Source: Octopus vulgaris | Taxonomy: Eukaryota | Assembly (NCBI GenBank): GCA_951406725.2 | Contig: OX597827.1 | Coordinates: 35,836,001 to 35,900,000 of the forward strand | Direction: 5' to 3' | Length of the DNA stretch: 64,000 bases | Part shown: one piece after another, positions 62,639 to 64,000 of the stretch | Layout of the letters: each line of letters opens with the position of its first letter | Numbering within the stretch: position 1 is the stretch's first letter | Notes under the pieces: generated by a model | Seen by the model: only the letters and a program-made list of their open reading frames with translations | Database searches by the model: none | What the model was told of the DNA's origin: nothing | Made by a program: the position numbers and the translations under genes

Positions 62639-62901
62639 TGAGGGAGTGCTGAAAAGTTCCTAGCTTTGGGTAAAAGAAAATATAAGATTAAATAATTATG
62701 ATTTTGTTCAACATATTCCCATCTCAGAGTAACAAATTCATTGCAGCGGTCCTTTAGTTTTCTTAAGCCCTGTAAAAGAACTTGTAATGTTGGGCCTCCA
62801 GCCAAGCCTTTCATAATAAATAATAGTGAAATTATTGTATACAGTGCTCAGATGCACCACAACATGATACCTTTAAGCCAGGAATTTTTCAGCACCCCTC
62901 A
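62639..62901. mobile_element. mariner-derived MITE in a (TA)n site
   Basis: TIRs tgagggagtgctgaaaagttcctagctt / aagccaggaatttttcagcacccctca, TA on both sides. Confidence 0.85.
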
Positions 62902-62917
62902 TATATATATATATATC

Positions 62918-63277
62918 TTTTTCTTATTTCAGTCATTAGACTACAGCCATGCTGGCACACCACCTTTGAAGAGTTTTTAGTTTGAATGAATCAACTCCAG
63001 TACATTTTTTAAAGCCTGGTGCTTACTCTATCAGTCTCTTTTACCAAACTGCTAAGTTATGGGGATGTAAACAACTAACACCAGTTGTGAAGCAGTGATG
63101 GGGGACAAACGTGTATATGAGTGTGTGTATGTATATATATATATGATAGGCTTCTTTCAGTTTCCATCTACCAAATTCACCCACAAGGCTTTGGTCAGCC
63201 CAAGACTATAGTAGAAGACACCCAAGGTGCTACGCAGTGGGACTGATCCCAGAAGCAAGCTTCTTACCACATAGCCT
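62918..63277 (-). mobile_element. tRNA-derived SINE, near full length
   Basis: Same family as 60127-60517. Confidence 0.85.
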
Positions 63278-63282
63278 GTCCC

Positions 63283-64000
63283 TTATGGTCATCCCATAAG
63301 TTCTGTCCGATTTTACCTTTTTTAAAATTGAATGAAATTTAATAGTATTTTAGAATGTTTAATGGAATTAAAAATTATTTTTATGCATTTGTATACATTA
63401 AAACTAATTAAATATTATTTTACAGAATTAAAGAATTAAAATTTCTTTGATAAAAACCCTTTCTAACATGGAAGTATCCAAAGAGCATTTAGGCACATAA
63501 TGCTTTATGAGTACAAAAAAAGAAAACTCTGCAGCCGAAGCAACTCGAAACATACACTCAGTTTATGGGAAAGAATATTTGAATGAAAGAACTTGCAGAA
63601 GATGGTTTGCAAAATTCAGAAGTGGAGATTTCAGCCTTGAAGATGACAATCAAACAGGACGTCCAATTGAGTTTGATAAGCTCCTTGAGGCATTACTTGA
63701 AGAAAATCCTACATTATCAGTTGAAGAATTGGCAATAAAGCTTAGTTCAAACCATACAACTATTCATCGTCATCTTCAACAACTTGGAAAAGTTCCTAAA
63801 CATGGAAAATGAGTGCTTCATGAATTGTCCGAATGCAACCGTAAATCCCGAGTTGACCTCTTCTCTCCATTCTCGCGAACTTATTTCACCCTTTGTGGAT
63901 AGACTTGTAACTGGTGACAAAAAATGGATCTTCTATTGAAATGTTAAACGTTGTAAACCGTGGCTTAGTAAAATGGAAAAAGCTCAACCACAACCGAGAT
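63283..64000 (+). mobile_element. mariner element, 5' part (runs off the window), frameshifted transposase
   Basis: CRRWFAKFRSGDFSLED..TGRP, K*VLHEL (WVPHEL), LVTGDKKWIFY. Confidence 0.88.

Overview
AT-rich, microsatellite- and transposon-dense animal genomic DNA. The tRNA-derived SINE families, (GAT)n-tailed RTE LINEs and single-coding-exon C2H2 genes point to a cephalopod, probably Octopus (inferred from recalled repeat families, not from a search). Only two intact protein-coding regions are supported, both C2H2 zinc-finger genes on the + strand: 19441-20844 (5 fingers plus a Cys/Asn-rich tail) and 56561-57295 (6 fingers). Each is preceded by a good splice acceptor and has candidate distant non-coding first exons. 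The rest is mostly decayed mobile DNA: RTE LINEs (with a PHD-like finger inside the RT), an L1/Tx1-clade LINE, CR1/L2 fragments, Penelope-like element (PLE) remnants, mariner/Tc1 remnants, hAT-like and other MITEs with visible TSDs, a non-autonomous Helitron, many SINEs, a 5S rRNA pseudogene, local duplications and fold-back inversions. The most notable signal is a set of minimal type I hammerhead-ribozyme motifs in three apparently unrelated repeats, all with the compensatory U3-A8 core (UUGANAA instead of CUGANGA); the best copy is at 47141-47202 on the minus strand. Most ORFs in the supplied track are microsatellite or antisense artefacts. Repeat boundaries were read by eye and are approximate.
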